A program made the translations under genes and the position numbers. Of a DNA stretch of 64,000 nt, positions 46,107 to 59,181 are shown in pieces (position 1 is the stretch's first letter; each line of letters starts with the position of its first letter). Under the pieces are notes generated by a model. It saw only the letters and a list, made by a program, of their open reading frames with translations, ran no database searches and was not told the origin of the DNA. This stretch comes from Iphione sp. A-MEVVRFRX5 (lineage: Eukaryota): positions 59,210,001 to 59,274,000 of the forward strand of contig OZ320316.1 in NCBI GenBank assembly GCA_976226885.1. Direction: 5' to 3'.

Positions 46107-47805
46107 GTTTCGCTGGATGGCGCCATTGAGGGGGCCACCGCCCCCTCCCCTTCGGCCACCTTACGCGCCGGGCAGTCCTGTTTGAAGTGGCCCTTCTCAT
46201 GACAGTAGAAGCACCCGCCTTCCGCGTTTCCTCCGCGGCGACCTCGTCGAGCGGGCGCGCCGGTCGGTGCTTCCAGCAGGCGGACCAGCAGCTGCTCTAT
46301 CCGGTCACAAGCCTGCGGGGGGGCGGTGGGGGTGGTGCGGGCTGCCGCGGCCATTGCTTCATCTTCCTCTGTGCGCGCTGCGCGTACCCGCGACTGCGTG
46401 GCGGGGGGTTGCGCTCCTTCTCCGCCCGATGAAACGACTCCGCCAGGAGGGCCTCCGAGACCGCCGCCTGGAATGTCTTGGCCTTGGCCTGCACCACCCA
46501 GCGGCGACTTCGCTCGTCCCGCAGGGCGCTGACGAAGGAGTCTTTGCACATGCGGTCAAGCCAGACCCCCTCGGCTTCCGGGTAGGCTTGCCGGGCCAAG
46601 CGCTCGATCTCCTCCCCCAGCTTCTGGGCATCCTCCTCCTTGCCCTGGTGCCGCTGCTTGAGCTCCTGCTCAAAGAAGGTGACGCGGTCCTCCGACTGGA
46701 ACCTCTGTTTTAGCACCTCCTCGATCCGTGCATACGCCCCGGGTGCCGTCACGTCCACATCGGCCGACCTGAGGGCCGACTGGGCTGATTTCCGCAAACA
46801 GACACTGAGTTGGAGAGCCTTCTCAGCGTCATCCCAGCGGTTGGTTTTTGCGACGAGCCCGAAGTGATGTAGGGGCCCTGACCCGTCGAAGGACTCGGGT
46901 TTCACATGGCGCCACCTGGGGCTGCATTGCTGCCTGCAACCCGGACACCAGCCCTCGCACCAAGGTGGCGGCCTCATCTGCCGGGGACCTGCCGGCGGCC
47001 AATCCCGGCGCTCGCGGGGCACACCCAGGGTCCACGTGGGCCAGCTTCCGGGCATCAGCCCGACCTCGGCCAGGGTCGCGGTGGGGGGACCTTGCGGTTC
47101 ACCCTTAGGGCGGGCCGCCCCAGGCCAGACAGCGCGGCCACCTCCCTTGCTCCTCGGGACCGCAAGCGGAGGGCCGGGCGCGGGCGGCGGGCCGCCGATC
47201 CGCCCGAGGGCGTCTGTCCCTGTATCCACTCCTCGGCCATCGGTTGTCTTGGGGGGAGGGGCGCCCGCGCACACAGCAATTGCGTCCGCGCCAGTAGCAT
47301 CTGCGCCGGTAGCATCTGCGCCGGTAGCATCTGTGTCAGTGGCATCTGTGTCAGTAGCATCTGCGTCAGTAGCATCTGCGTCAGTAGCATCTGCGTCAGT
47401 AGCATCTGCGTCAGTAGCATCTGCATCGATAGCATCTGAATCGATAGCATCTGCGTTGATAGCATCTGCGTCGATAGTGACTGCGTCGAACGCTGCGGCA
47501 CCGAGCGTCGTGGCACCCCGCGCTCGTGCGCCCTTTGTTGTTGCAGTGCCCGCGCCAGGGAGCCCGCTTCCTCGCCGAGACGCGCCGGGCCGCATCTGCG
47601 AGGCGCCTGCCGGCACCCTACGTCGCGACGGTCGGGGCGCGGCTGGCGGCGAACGGCAGTCCATCATCAATTCGATCTCACTGTCGGAACTCAGAGCGCC
47701 TTCGGTACCCCAGGACTCTGAGTCGCTATCCCTTCCTGGTGCGGGCGGTGACTGCACTCGTCGACGCCCCCTTCCTGCGGGGGGCCGGCCAGCGGGGGAA
47801 GGCAT
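46073..47805 (-). pseudogene. Element A gag (ATG 47805; frameshift in C-run near 46405)
   Basis: PESFDG..NRW..KALQLSVCLR capsid-like region; CFYCHEKGHFKQDC knuckle; N-terminal (DATDA)n repeat. Confidence 0.88.
47282..47480 (-). repeat. 15-bp coding minisatellite, 12 units (DA[T/I][D/G][A/T])
   Basis: AGCATCTG at exact 15-bp spacing from 47296 to 47461. Confidence 0.92.
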
Positions 47806-48496
47806 CCCACTGCTGCCACCAATGTAGCGTCGGCCACTCCGTAAATAAGACATGACCAGGAAGTACAAACCAAGGATCTTTATTACTGAGACAATTGAAG
47901 ACAGAAGTTCACAGTATGGCTCCCTGCCCTGAACTGAACTGAGAGGGCTCCAGCTCCTGCTTTTATAGGCTGGAGCCCCCAGCGGTGCATGGTGCAACGT
48001 TGCACGATGCGTCCAACGCAGGTGCACGAAGCACAAGGCACAAAGCACGAGGCGACACTGCAACACTGCACTCCACGCTGAAAGCATCAATGCACAGTGC
48101 ACAGTGCCACCTCGCACAATGCAACCTTGCACCATGCAACGTTGCCACATAACACCGCTACACAAACTGCAATGTTTATAAAACATTTATAAAACATAAA
48201 TTGTTACCTGGGAAATATCGTCAGTTGATTTAGAACCCCACCATCTTAAAACAGATAATGGAGCACCATTGAGCATTCATGAGTTTAAAATGAATGGATT
48301 TAAATATCACCACATAAAGCCCTCGTGATTGAAAGTGAACAGGAAAGTAGAAAAATTCCTAACACCTGCCTTCTATGTAACACTGAGGGAGACTCTGATA
48401 AACTAGATTATGATGAACTCACACTAAGTATGACAGCCTCTCCCTAAGCACAATCCATGGGCAGTGCAGGTCAATCTCAGCAGCTGATCCTCATGA

Positions 48497-48723
48497 CAGG
48501 GGGGGGCACGGCATCTTCAATAACGCTTCACCAAGAATTCATAGTGACCATAACGTTTAAAAAAGCAGCAGATAACGCTTCACCAGCATTTAAATTATTG
48601 GTAGCGTGTCACCAGAAATAAGTCAGTAACGTTTAGCGTTGAATTCCAGAGGCAAATAGCGTTTCGCAGGGAATTAAATTACCCAGTAACGCTTCACCAA
48701 AATAGTTGACACCCCATCTCCTG
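48497..48723. mobile_element. Second copy of the TAACGCTTCAC-repeat MITE
   Basis: Colinear with 26773-26996 (shared TAACGCTTCACCAAAATAGTTGAC end); no clean TSD. Confidence 0.7.
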
Positions 48724-50241
48724 TACTCATACCACAAAATGCTCCAGGTTCAGCCCTCAAAAGGCTGGTCTGGAATGTAAATATCCCCCCCGACATTTGA
48801 CACACTGCATCATAAATACTGAAAAACACTGAATGCCTAAAATATTGGTTAACTGAAAAGTATAACCGAAAGTATATTTTACAGACCTATAAAGGTAGAA
48901 ATTATATTATATTTCAAGGTTTTAAAAAAATATGCATTGTGGTATATCTCATAAGAAAAGTACAAGGTAATTTTTCATTCCATGCCATGGTTCTGAGGAG
49001 AGTCAGCCTCTCTGGTCTCTGACATTGGACTCGTGGCACCACAGACTAATGCCACCAAACCTCTCTAGAATCAGACCCCCAAATACTGGAAGGTGTCCTA
49101 GTATACTCACTGTCCACAGGGGCCTTTGGAGTTTCTGTAATATACATATCTATATTGGGTGGACATGCTACTCCTTCAGTGCCTGATGAGACCATTATAG
49201 TCAAAACAGTGCTCACCTATTATTCAATCGTCATATTCAATCATGCTCAATTCAATGCTCACCTATCATTCAATCATCATATTCAATTGGCAGCACCCTA
49301 GTAGCTGGAAAGATGGTGCTATTAAAACTATCTACAAATCAGGAGACCCGACCCTTCCAGAAAACTACAGAAGCATCACCATCTGTAGCAATCTTGCTAA
49401 GGTTATGAGCTCAGTCCTAAATGAGAGGCTGAAAAAGTTTATTGAGGACAACAACATTAGAGCACATGAACAGATTGGCTTTAAGAGAGCAGCCTGTACA
49501 GCTGACCACATATTTGTACTAAAAATGATTATTGACTCATACACCAGGGGCATGACCAAGAATCTGTATGCCTGCTTTGTTGACTTTAGTAAGGCCTTTG
49601 ACAGAGTCTGGTGGCAAGGCCTATTCTACAAACTACTTAAGAATGGCATTTCAGGCCTTTTCTACAACTTTATCAAAAGTATGTACCAGGGCTTACAAAG
49701 TCAAGTCCACACAAACAAAGGAATAACCCCCCCCCCCCTTTCAAAATTTATCAAGGGGTTAGGCAAGGCAAAGCCCTAAGTCTCCTCTTGTTGACAGTGT
49801 ACATTAACGATCTATCCTTCTCTCTATCTCATGGGGAAGGCCACCCGGTTCAGCTGGGCGCATCAAACATCCAGTGCCTAATGTATGCCAACGACATAGT
49901 AATCCTGTCGGAAACAAAGGAGGGGTTGCAATCATGCCTAAACAACCTCAGCTCCTATTGTAAAGAATGGAGGCATAGAGGTGAACTTGGCCAAAACTAA
50001 AGTCATGGTCTTCAACAAGTCTGGACACCTCCCCAGCACTGTCATGGCTTATGGGATAGGTACTTAGAGGTAGTCCGAACATATAAATATCTTGGGGTAG
50101 ACATATCCAATACTGGCTGCTTTAGCGAAGCCCAAGTCAACCTGAAAATAAGGCCATGAAAGCCTGCTTTAAGCTAAAGGCATCATTGGGAACCTACAAC
50201 TACCCACCCCGAATCGGTCTGGCCTTATTCAACTCCCTCAT

Positions 50242-53200
50242 ATATTACTCATAAATTACGATTAACAAACAAATCAAATAGTAGACAAGATATTCTTGGC
50301 ACAAATTTTAATAACAAAGTGACATAAATAAACCTCTTGAGGTAGAATAGGAGTGAAACAAGGATGCCTCTTGAGGCGGACTAACATACAAATAAACCGA
50401 GTACAATTTAGATCACCTCTAGAGACGTGTGGGTCGACATGAGGATAAATGGCGTTTAACAAAGATAAGTACATCGAGATGAGGCGAGATGCCATAATAA
50501 CCGTAATCATCCAGGGTGGGGGGGACATGGTAAATGAATCAGCGAATGTGCTGCACGACTGCTACTGTCTATAAATAACCCCAGCATATGGCAATGGCCT
50601 GTAGAGGGGGACACTAATTAATTTGTAATACCTTGCGATTCCTCTAGAGGGAACTAGCTTACATATTACTCATAAATTACGATTAACAAACAAATCAAAT
50701 AGTAGACAAGATATTCTTGGCGCAAATTTTAATAACAAAGTGACATAAATAAACCTCTTGAGGTAGAATAGGAGTGAAACAAGGATGCCTCTTGAGGTGG
50801 ACTAACATACAAATAAACTGAGTACAATTAAGATCATCTCTAGAGACGGGTGGGTCGACATGAGGATAAATGGCCATAGCCAAGGGCATGTTACGCCGAG
50901 GCTACGAGGGATTTAAGCTTGTTGGCGGCTTTCTGGCTTGAGATGTCCATGCTAGTATATAGAAGGGAAGAGGGGAGGGCCTTCCAAGTACCTTGTGACA
51001 TTATCTGAGTATGGGATGCGTCGGCCAACTGCAGGGCCTGGGCGCCCCCCCTCCTGAAACTATGAAGAGTATACCACTGAGGGATATAGCCTGTGTGGGA
51101 TAATATAGAGCGCAATACCTTGGTCAAAGTGGTAGAGGGTAACGGAGCCTTATGCACTGAGTCTGTGAAGAGGGGCTGGTGAGGGTTGATAGAAGGGATG
51201 ATTTCGTACATATTGCGAAGGAGATTGACTGGACAAATGTCATTATTCAGGCAAGGAATAGCGAGAGTCCTGTGATTAGAATCTCTGATGGTTTTGGACC
51301 ATTTTAAGGTAACATTGAGACCGTTGTCGGTGAATGTGATGTCGCCCCTGGTGAGCTGTCTAAACGGATCAAACGCGGATGAGGACTTAGAACATATATT
51401 GCTTTGACGAACTAATGAGAAGAATAAAAAGGAGAACAAAGCCTTAAGACATACTCCCAACGTGCCTAAGGAGGAAGAGTATTCAATGATAGTTGTCAAC
51501 ATTTGGATAGTGATAGGGGACTTCTGGGATACCTTATGTGATGAGGTCATTCTCACTGCCTTAAGCGCAGTGGCCACTTTGGGTGAACTGAAAGCTGCAT
51601 CATGGTAATCACACTGCATGACTACGAATCTAAGAGATGAGACATACTGGGAAATGACATTGGGTGAGTAAGCTAGCTGAACCAGATACTCGATATATAT
51701 TAGGATGTCTAGGACCCTCAATGAAGTGATGTCAAGGTTGTAATGATGAAAGAAGGCAATGCCCAAGGCTGCCTGTGCTTGTCTCCTCTTATTAGTCCTG
51801 GGTGTGACGGCTTGGAACTGTCTTTAATAGGCCGTACGATGCCATGACTTGAGTAGTGGATCTGAAAATGATCAGAATGAAGAAATATGGGAAACTAGAG
51901 ATGGTGGCATGTACACACGCTCGAGATGGGGGTTCTGTACTAGAAAACGTTTAACTATTGCTCTATATTTGGGGACAGATGGTAGATGAGAGAGGGCATC
52001 TGCGACAATCATTGTGTCTCCTGGTGAGTGTGAAAATACCATGGAGACGTTGAACCTAGCTGCTCTATACCAGACAGCTCTGAGTATCTGAGAGAGGAAG
52101 ACGTCCCTCGTTCTGCCTGTGGTGAGGACTGATATGGTGGCGCTGTTGTCGCATATGAGCTCAATGCGAGTATTGGCATTGTGTGGACCTAAGAAAAGAT
52201 GGACGGAAACTGCTGAGTTAAATGCCTCTAACTGGGAAATTGGTAGGTGGGATAGGCTGGGTGGGATCGAGTGGGTACAATAGTATGTAGAGCTATAGGC
52301 CCCCATACCTATGAAGGAAGCATCGCAGTGGATAGTCTCACTGATTTGAGGGGGGGAATTAATCGAACCCCATTGAAATAAGGCAGATAAACTTGAAACC
52401 ATCTAAGGTCTTTCTTGACTTCGGAGGTGAGGAGAACTGATTTAATATCCTGTCTGACAGCGTATCTGACTTCGTTTAAAAGTGAATTTATGAAAAATCT
52501 GGCAGGAGGGGAGCATTTTACAATGTGATTAATTGTCCCTATAAGTGTTTGGGACTGCCTCAGAGTAATGGAATGAAGGGGGATGAGCTCAGATATGAGA
52601 TTGAGGAGGGCGGTAATTTTCTCTTTCGGAATAGACATGGACCGATGGATAGTATCAAACGTGACCCCTTACCATGTAAGACAATGGGTTGGGGCTACAA
52701 TTTAACATGAGCGAGCTGCAGCCCAAGGTTGGAGATGAGTATCTTGAAGGCCTGATTTAATTCCGGGAGGGATGGTGGTGAGGACATAGTCGTCTAGATT
52801 TGCATAAGAAGTGACCTGTTGGAACTGTTCTGAAATGTGATGAACGATGATTTGTGAAAGCTCCTGTAAGAGCAAAGAGGAAAATCTTGTACCGAAAGGA
52901 AGTGATAGATCAAGAAAATAATCATTGTGGAAGACAAACAGCAGTAAGGGCCAGTCGAGGGGGTCGACTGGAAAATATCTATATGCGCGCTTGAGATCCA
53001 GGGAGGCTAAATACATGGGAGACTCAGAGGCGGAAATATCAGTGGCAACATAAAGTGGTGATGGGAGGTGAACCCTGAGTGGAACGGTATAATAATCGTT
53101 ACGAGGAATACTGGAATTCACCCCTGAATGTGAAAGATCAAAGATGACCCTTCTATCAGTGGATCCTTTCTTTGATCTTGTCATAATCGGATTGAGGGTG

Positions 53201-53640
53201 TGAGAGGGGGTAAAGGGGTGGGATGCCAAGGGGCCAGTGATGGCGCCGCAGGCCAATTCGGTACATATATATTTACTGATGTGAGGGTCATCTGAATGAT
53301 GGATAGGATACAATGGTGGTGAAATCGGTGGTTCACTAGCAACAAAACCTAAGGGGAAACCGTATAGTAAAAAATCCATCAAAATGATACCCTTATGTCC
53401 TATCGGGGATAGGAGGTGATACCAGTTAGGGATATTGAGCTGAGTGGGAAGAGGGAGCCTGGCTTCCATGAAGTTGGGCAACCCGGTGGAAGGGCTGGGC
53501 CAATTGAAAACATGATATGCGATCATTCCGTAATGCGACCTGGAAGGTGAATGTGAGAAATTAATATTGTCAAAATGTTCGTTGGTAATTACAATGTCGT
53601 GCAGAACATCATCTTCTTGTGATGTAGGGGGTGGCGGTAG
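50242..53640 (-). mobile_element. Ngaro-type YR retrotransposon, 5'-deleted (RT, RNase H, YR, split direct repeats)
   Basis: RT (DLSHSGVN, LDLKRAYR, LPFG, LDD); RNase H (DAS, LEA, CDN, DALS; stop 51872); YR 51861-50891; 212-bp direct repeats at 50663-50874 and 50242-50453. Confidence 0.9.
50891..51861 (-). CDS. Tyrosine recombinase of the Ngaro element (no own ATG; one TAA near its 5' end)
   Basis: FFSLVRQSN, LKWSKT, CPV, YTLHSFRRGGA, QGTW catalytic motifs; open from ~51820 to 50891. Confidence 0.88.
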
Positions 53641-53741
53641 ATCTACCAGTCCTACTGCAAGACCCCCAAAACCCCCAGAGGATAGGCTCTGTTCTATTTG
53701 CAACAACGGTAGTGTGGAAAATGAAGTCCATTTCCTAATAA

Positions 53742-54080
53742 GGCCTAAAAAAAAAAGTTCTGTGTTTCCGGTAACAAGCTAAAAAAAAATATAGGGTCAG
53801 TCGGTAGGTCACATTTTTTTAATTTTTCTTTTTTTTCAATGATAAAAGCTCCTGAAAACAACAGATGTGTACTGCAATAGCACTTATAATCGTTAGATTT
53901 GAATGAAACCTATGTTAAATGAAAAATGGAACCTAAGGAACAATTTGATGTATGGAACATGTCTCTACCATGATTCATTCTGAAGTTATTCCAAAAACAA
54001 GAAAAAAATTAAAAATTAAAAATAACTCTAATCTAGGGTGGGTCGGGTTACTGGAAACACAGAACTTTTTTTTCTAGGCC
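53742..54080. mobile_element. MITE with GGCC termini and TAA TSD
   Basis: TAA at 53739-53741 and 54081-54083; ~33-bp TIR; excision restores HFLIICPAY in the LINE zinc finger. Confidence 0.9.
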
Positions 54081-54748
54081 TAATCTGCCCTGCCTATCAA
54101 AATGACCGGGCCACTCTCTATGCCGCAGCCTGTGATAGTTGCCCAAATTTCACCAACCTTCCAAACAATGCGAAATTCTCATTCCTCATGACAACTGAAG
54201 GTCACCTCTGCAGAGATGTAGCAGCTTTTTGTCACCGCGCAGGCCAAATAAGATCTGATATAATAAATGCCATCCTCCTGTAGTACACTATATGGCCTAA
54301 GAGTAGCATCTTAGTTTAGTTCTCAGTGTCTTTTTCTTTTCATGTTCGTTTACATGTTTGGTTTTGCTTTATTTTTGAGTGTCATTGCCACCTAATGGCC
54401 CTTCTCACTGTATTGCTTGTTTTCGTCCTGGCCTCCAGATGACCCTCATTTTATTGTATATGCCTTTGTATCTGCTATAACCCCTGGTGGGGACTTCAAG
54501 CAATAAAGTTTTACTACTTCAATCAATGTCATGATATCCACTTTCAACCAATGTTCCAGCCATGTCTACCTATCCACCTCAATGTTATCACAGTATTAAA
54601 AAAATGCTTTCCCAGAAAACCCTCACTGGATCACATCAATATTTCTGCTCTCCTTCCCTAGCCTGCAGCATCATGAAAACCCCACTCCATTTCCCTGGGA
54701 AAAGTTTTTCCAATTTTTTTTTCTCCCTCTCCCTCCCCTACCTGTAGC

Positions 54749-54992
54749 CAGACCTGTAGCCAAGGGGGTATCGGGTGTATCATCTGATACCCCCCCCCCC
54801 CACAAAAGCCAGAAGTTCCACCCCTCTAGGCCTATATCCAAGAGTGTCTTATGAGAAAGAGGGAGACTGGAGACAGAGAGGGCAGAGAGAGAGACAGACA
54901 GACAGAGACAGAGAGAGGAAGGAAGACCTGTCTAACCAAGAGTTTCACCTCTCTAGGCCTATAGCCAAGGGTGTATCATAAGAAAGAGGGAG

Positions 54993-55071
<79 letters not shown>

Positions 55072-55197
55072 GACCTCTCTAACTAGGAGTTCCACCTCTC
55101 TAACCAGGAGTTCCACGTCTCCAGCTAAGAGTTCCACGTCTCTAATTTCAGATACCGGTAGGCCTACCTCCCACAATACCTCCTGGCTACGGGCCTG
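54749..55197. mobile_element. CAGGCC-family MITE carrying a (GA)n microsatellite
   Basis: CAGACCTGTAGCCAAGGGGGTATCG...CCTGGCTACGGGCCTG; internal duplication; (GA)n at ~54995-55068; no TSD. Confidence 0.75.
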
Positions 55198-56976
55198 GGC
55201 ACCCATTCCGCATGGGTCGAGAGGTTTGCATTACATTTCTTAGGAGGGTGTACTGGCACTCTTGGCCTTTTGCATAGTGGCATCCGTGACAACTCCTGTT
55301 CCCTGGCCTGTACCACAGTATGTACGGTACTGTACAATCTTTTACTACCCTGTGAGGAGGAATATAGGCCTACAGCAGCGCCAGAAAAAAAACCCTAGTG
55401 AATGAAATACGAACTAAGGCATTAAATATGGTAAGCCTCCATAATCCGCCGTCGTCCATACATTTCAAAGATGTTAAAGAAATGAAACGCCTTAACGCTA
55501 TAGGAACGTTAGAACAAGGTTTTCTTTCCCTGGTAAAGCCCAGAGGCAACACTGGCACCCCCTCCTCCAGTGACAAACAACGAGGAAGGTAGCGCATACA
55601 TAAAGCAATAGATGGCGCTACGAAAAGAGAGGTTACACTATTTCGGCAAATGTCGGCATGGCGGACGTGCTTGCCTGAATGGTAGAGTACACGCACTCGA
55701 GTAGACCTTCCTGAATTGGATAAACTACATGACATTCTTTTCGTACCATCGTATCTTTTTGACGACTGTTCTTTACAAACGTTGCCAAGGTAGTTATGAA
55801 AAATTATAATTACATGTTCAGAACTGTGCAAGACTGCTAGCTCCGATATAGTACCTTATCGTTATAATAAAGGGCAGTTCTGCATGGATGAACTGCTTTT
55901 ATATACACCTTGCTTACACCAAATGTGATACCATTGTGTATCAGTGAAAACCTGTTACCTTATTTGGCTCAAAAAATTATCACTACTTAAGTACACACCA
56001 CAGAGTAGAGTCTTCATAGTTCCCACATAATGCGTACATTCAAACAAGGTCACATCAATATGATGCTAGCGCTGTTGTAGCAGAATACCCATGTATACTG
56101 TCGCAGCATTGTTATGATGTTCTTACGCGAGGAGGCGATCGGTCTGAAAAGTGCAGAGATATATGGACTAGGCAATATAAGGACATGAAGTATAAGGGAC
56201 ACAGAAACCGGTATGAATTCAGGTGTCAAAAGACACGAGCATTTGCAGTGGCTAGGGGTCTCGTAGGTTATTTTCTGCTTGCTACCTCAAGGATGCATTG
56301 ATACCATATGTAAATTCACTGTTTCCCGACTGCTACTACTGCTATAATGTATGACAGGTAGATACCTACAAATAAATGTATTGCCGATCATATGTAACGT
56401 TCGTAAAATCTTGTTTCAGTCATAATTTCATACCAGTACCCCAGCACATCATATAATTTGTTAGTCCCATTTCACTTCTCCGTTTAGTGGCATCAGAATG
56501 CATGCAGTGCTTGCCAAAATATTCAAAATTTACACTTAAATATATGTTTCAATAGCAGATTTTAATATTCCAAATTGTCATGAACACTTCCAGATGGTAA
56601 CCTGGTCAGACATGTTTCCTCGTATGCCGTAAGTATGGTGTGAACTGTTAAGCTAAAAGAGAATCCTACGTTTTAACTACTTGTATGTTCTTCATGCATA
56701 GAAACAAAATAAGTGTGACTGGTTATGTTTAAATACGCTATACAAAATAACAGTAAGCATATGTCAAATTTGCACGGCTAATAAATTCAGAAGGCTGGAA
56801 GGGGGACAGAAAGAATGAAAACGGACACCCAGTATAATTTACATTCTGTAGACACAGGACATTTGCATTTTGTTATAAAGCAGTGTTCATAAGAAAACTT
56901 AGGCTGATTGTTGCTCGGCAAGCTGCTAGCCACTTCGGAGACAGTTTAACTAATGCCTTTTACCTTCCCTTTCAGG

Positions 56977-57543
56977 ATGTGGACAGAAGGCAATGAAGTT
57001 TGGGTGGCTGCTGGTCTTTGTGGCTCACTCGTCGTAGCTATTGCTGTAGCTCGTCTTTTGCGTGGTAGCGGCAAGCAGTACCCACCAGGTCCTCCTGGTG
57101 CATTCCTCATTGGGAATGTTTCACAGATTGACCCTGGTGCCCCCTTCAAAAGCCTGACAAATTGGGTGGCAGAATATGGCGATGTTTACACTATCCGCCT
57201 TTTCGGCAAGCCTCATGTAGTTGTCAGTGGCTATGACCAGATTCATGAAGCCTTGGTCACCCGCACAGATGACTTTGCTGGACGGCCGAATGTCTTTAGG
57301 GCTCGTTACTTTACCAATTTCTATGGCGGCCTTGTTTTTGGGAAAGCTGACCAAAAATGGCTTCGCTTAAAGAAACTGGTATCTGGTGCCATGAAACAGT
57401 ATGGAGATGGCAAGGGCAAACTAGAGGACATAACATTGGAGATTGTTGATGACCTGCTGACTGATCTGGCTGGTAAAGCTGACAAGCCACATAACTTGGC
57501 TGTACCAATTCGCTCAGCAATGGCAAACATCATATCATCTATT
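56977..57543 (+). CDS. Cytochrome P450 (clan 2, CYP1/2/17-like), first coding exon
   Basis: Acceptor tttcag|G-ATG; membrane anchor, PPGP hinge, YGDVYTIRLFG, FAGRP, W..LKK; donor |gtaagt, phase 0. Confidence 0.93.
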
Positions 57544-57739
57544 GTAAGTAATATCTGTTGATGTAATCCATATGTTATCCGTAGCCTCGTATATGATAAC
57601 TGACTAAAATGCACTTTTTGTGAGCAGTAGTGAGGCATTTGTTTTTAACTACATTATAAATTGTCCGCCCAAGGTGCGTCTGGAAATTTCAATCATGTTG
57701 ACTTTGTTGTGATGTCTTTTTAATTTTCCTTTGGAGTAG

Positions 57740-57949
57740 ATCTACGCTAAAAAGCTTGACTCAGACAGACTAGACAAACTGATGGAAGTGGAGATGCCCT
57801 CTGCCGAAATGCTGACACCCTCAGGTCCAGGCTCAGAGTTAGACATAATGCCATGGTTACGTTACCTGCCTTTGCCGTTCTACCGCAAAATGGCTGATAT
57901 ACAACGGAAAATATGGCAGTGGTTTGAACAGGAACGAGTAGAACGACAG
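57740..57949 (+). CDS. Cytochrome P450 second coding exon (…ELDIMPWLRYLP…)
   Basis: gtag| acceptor and |gtatag donor; 210 nt, phase 0/0; F-G region motif. Confidence 0.88.
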
Positions 57950-59181
57950 GTATAGTGGAACTCTTTACCCACAGCTTTTTCTTCATAACAAAACTATTAA
58001 CAACGTTTTTCAGTAAACACTCTGATTCTGCAATGTAACTTGTGTTCCACATTGACTCATATGTTTGATGTCTTTGCGTTGTACTGTGAATGTGTGCTTG
58101 TATTAAGCATACTACAATTTATAGTGCTAATGCACGCCATATTTGTCAGTGTGATAAAATATATTCTAAGTATACCCCAACAGGCAGGTATTCACAAAAA
58201 AGGCCGTATCTTTATTATTCTTTGAGATATGTATCCTCACACATGCTCCCAGAATTAGTCTCAAGAAACTATATTTTCAGTCATCAGACCAACTTATATC
58301 AGAAGGTCTTACTTCTACTGTAGGCACCGACCAGTCAGTGGGTTTTGGAGGATGGTATCTTGTGATGTTAGAGCTGGCAAATTCTGGGCCATTTTGGCAT
58401 GAGATGGCCTGTGATAAGTCTTGGGCAGGCAAGCTGATAAGGTGGCCAGAGCGAGGAGAGAGTCTAGGCCAACAAGCTGCCAGTACACTTGTGTTCATTT
58501 GATAAGGTGCTCTACAATCTTGATTGCTGATTGACACTGGGTGGCGGGCAGGAGGGGGTGTGTGAGGAGAGCATGTTGAGCTAGCTCACCACCACCTGAT
58601 GGATGCCGGGTAGCTGGGTAGGAGGGGCATTACAAGGCAAGTCGGGTCAGCCCATTTTCAACCACTGTGATGGGCACAGGGTCGCTAGGCAGGCAGGGGC
58701 GCTCAAGGAGTGCACAGTCAGCCCATCCACAACCACCCTGATGGACGCCGAGTGTCTGGATGGAAGGTGCTTTGCAAGGCAAGCACAGTCAGCTTGTTCA
58801 TGAACACCCTCAGATTTTTCATAATGAATAAGGAATAGTTTGAGTTTATTCGTACCTCTTTGTGCATAAAATAGTTGATAGTTGATAGGTGTAAAAAGGA
58901 AATCTGACATGAAAAGTGTGTTGGACCACCTTAATATCCACGTATTTAATGCTACAGTATATGTTACGTAACTAAAAAGAATTTAACAAAATAAAATCTC
59001 TCTCGAGGACATTAATATGTAAAATTGCAAAGGAGGAGATATTGTAAAAGTCACCATTTTGATATTTTTCTCCTTCCTGACTGTTACTGTGTCTAGTTCT
59101 GTTGGCATGTTGCCTGAAGAGAATTACTATTAAACAGCTGTAGCATGCGGTTAATACAAAACCGTGCTGTCTTTACACCAG

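Larger units (their letters stand above)
38216..48162 (-). mobile_element. Full-length Gypsy LTR retrotransposon with extra 3' zinc-finger gene (element A)
   Basis: 340-bp LTRs 38216-38555 and 47823-48162 (6 differences, 98.2%); 4-bp TSD CAAA; PBS TGGTGGCAGCAGTGGGAT from 47821 (tRNA-Leu type); PPT GGGAGGGAGCAG 38567-38556. Confidence 0.96.
49280..54530 (+). mobile_element. RTEX-like LINE fragment, split by an Ngaro element (50242-~53640) and a MITE
   Basis: IYKSGDP..NYRSIT, QIGF, FVDFSKAFD, YAND, YKYLG (49280-50241); C-terminal CxxC..ENEVHFLI|ICPAY (~53650-54283); AATAAA near 54501. Clade call is tentative. Confidence 0.8.

Noticed and set aside
39251-47855. Dozens of overlapping and antisense ORFs in element A
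   Set aside because: Shadow ORFs of very GC-rich coding sequence; no independent motifs.
54971-55243. (ER)n and (LS)n ORFs
   Set aside because: Translations of a (GA)n microsatellite inside a MITE.
55370-55831. 153-aa ORF and nearby ATGGCGG/GTAAG motifs as another gene
   Set aside because: No recognisable domain or consistent exon chain; cannot be supported without transcripts.
58260-58800. GC-richer block in a CYP intron as a TE fragment or exon
   Set aside because: Likely repeat-derived, but no termini, TSD or protein motif could be identified.
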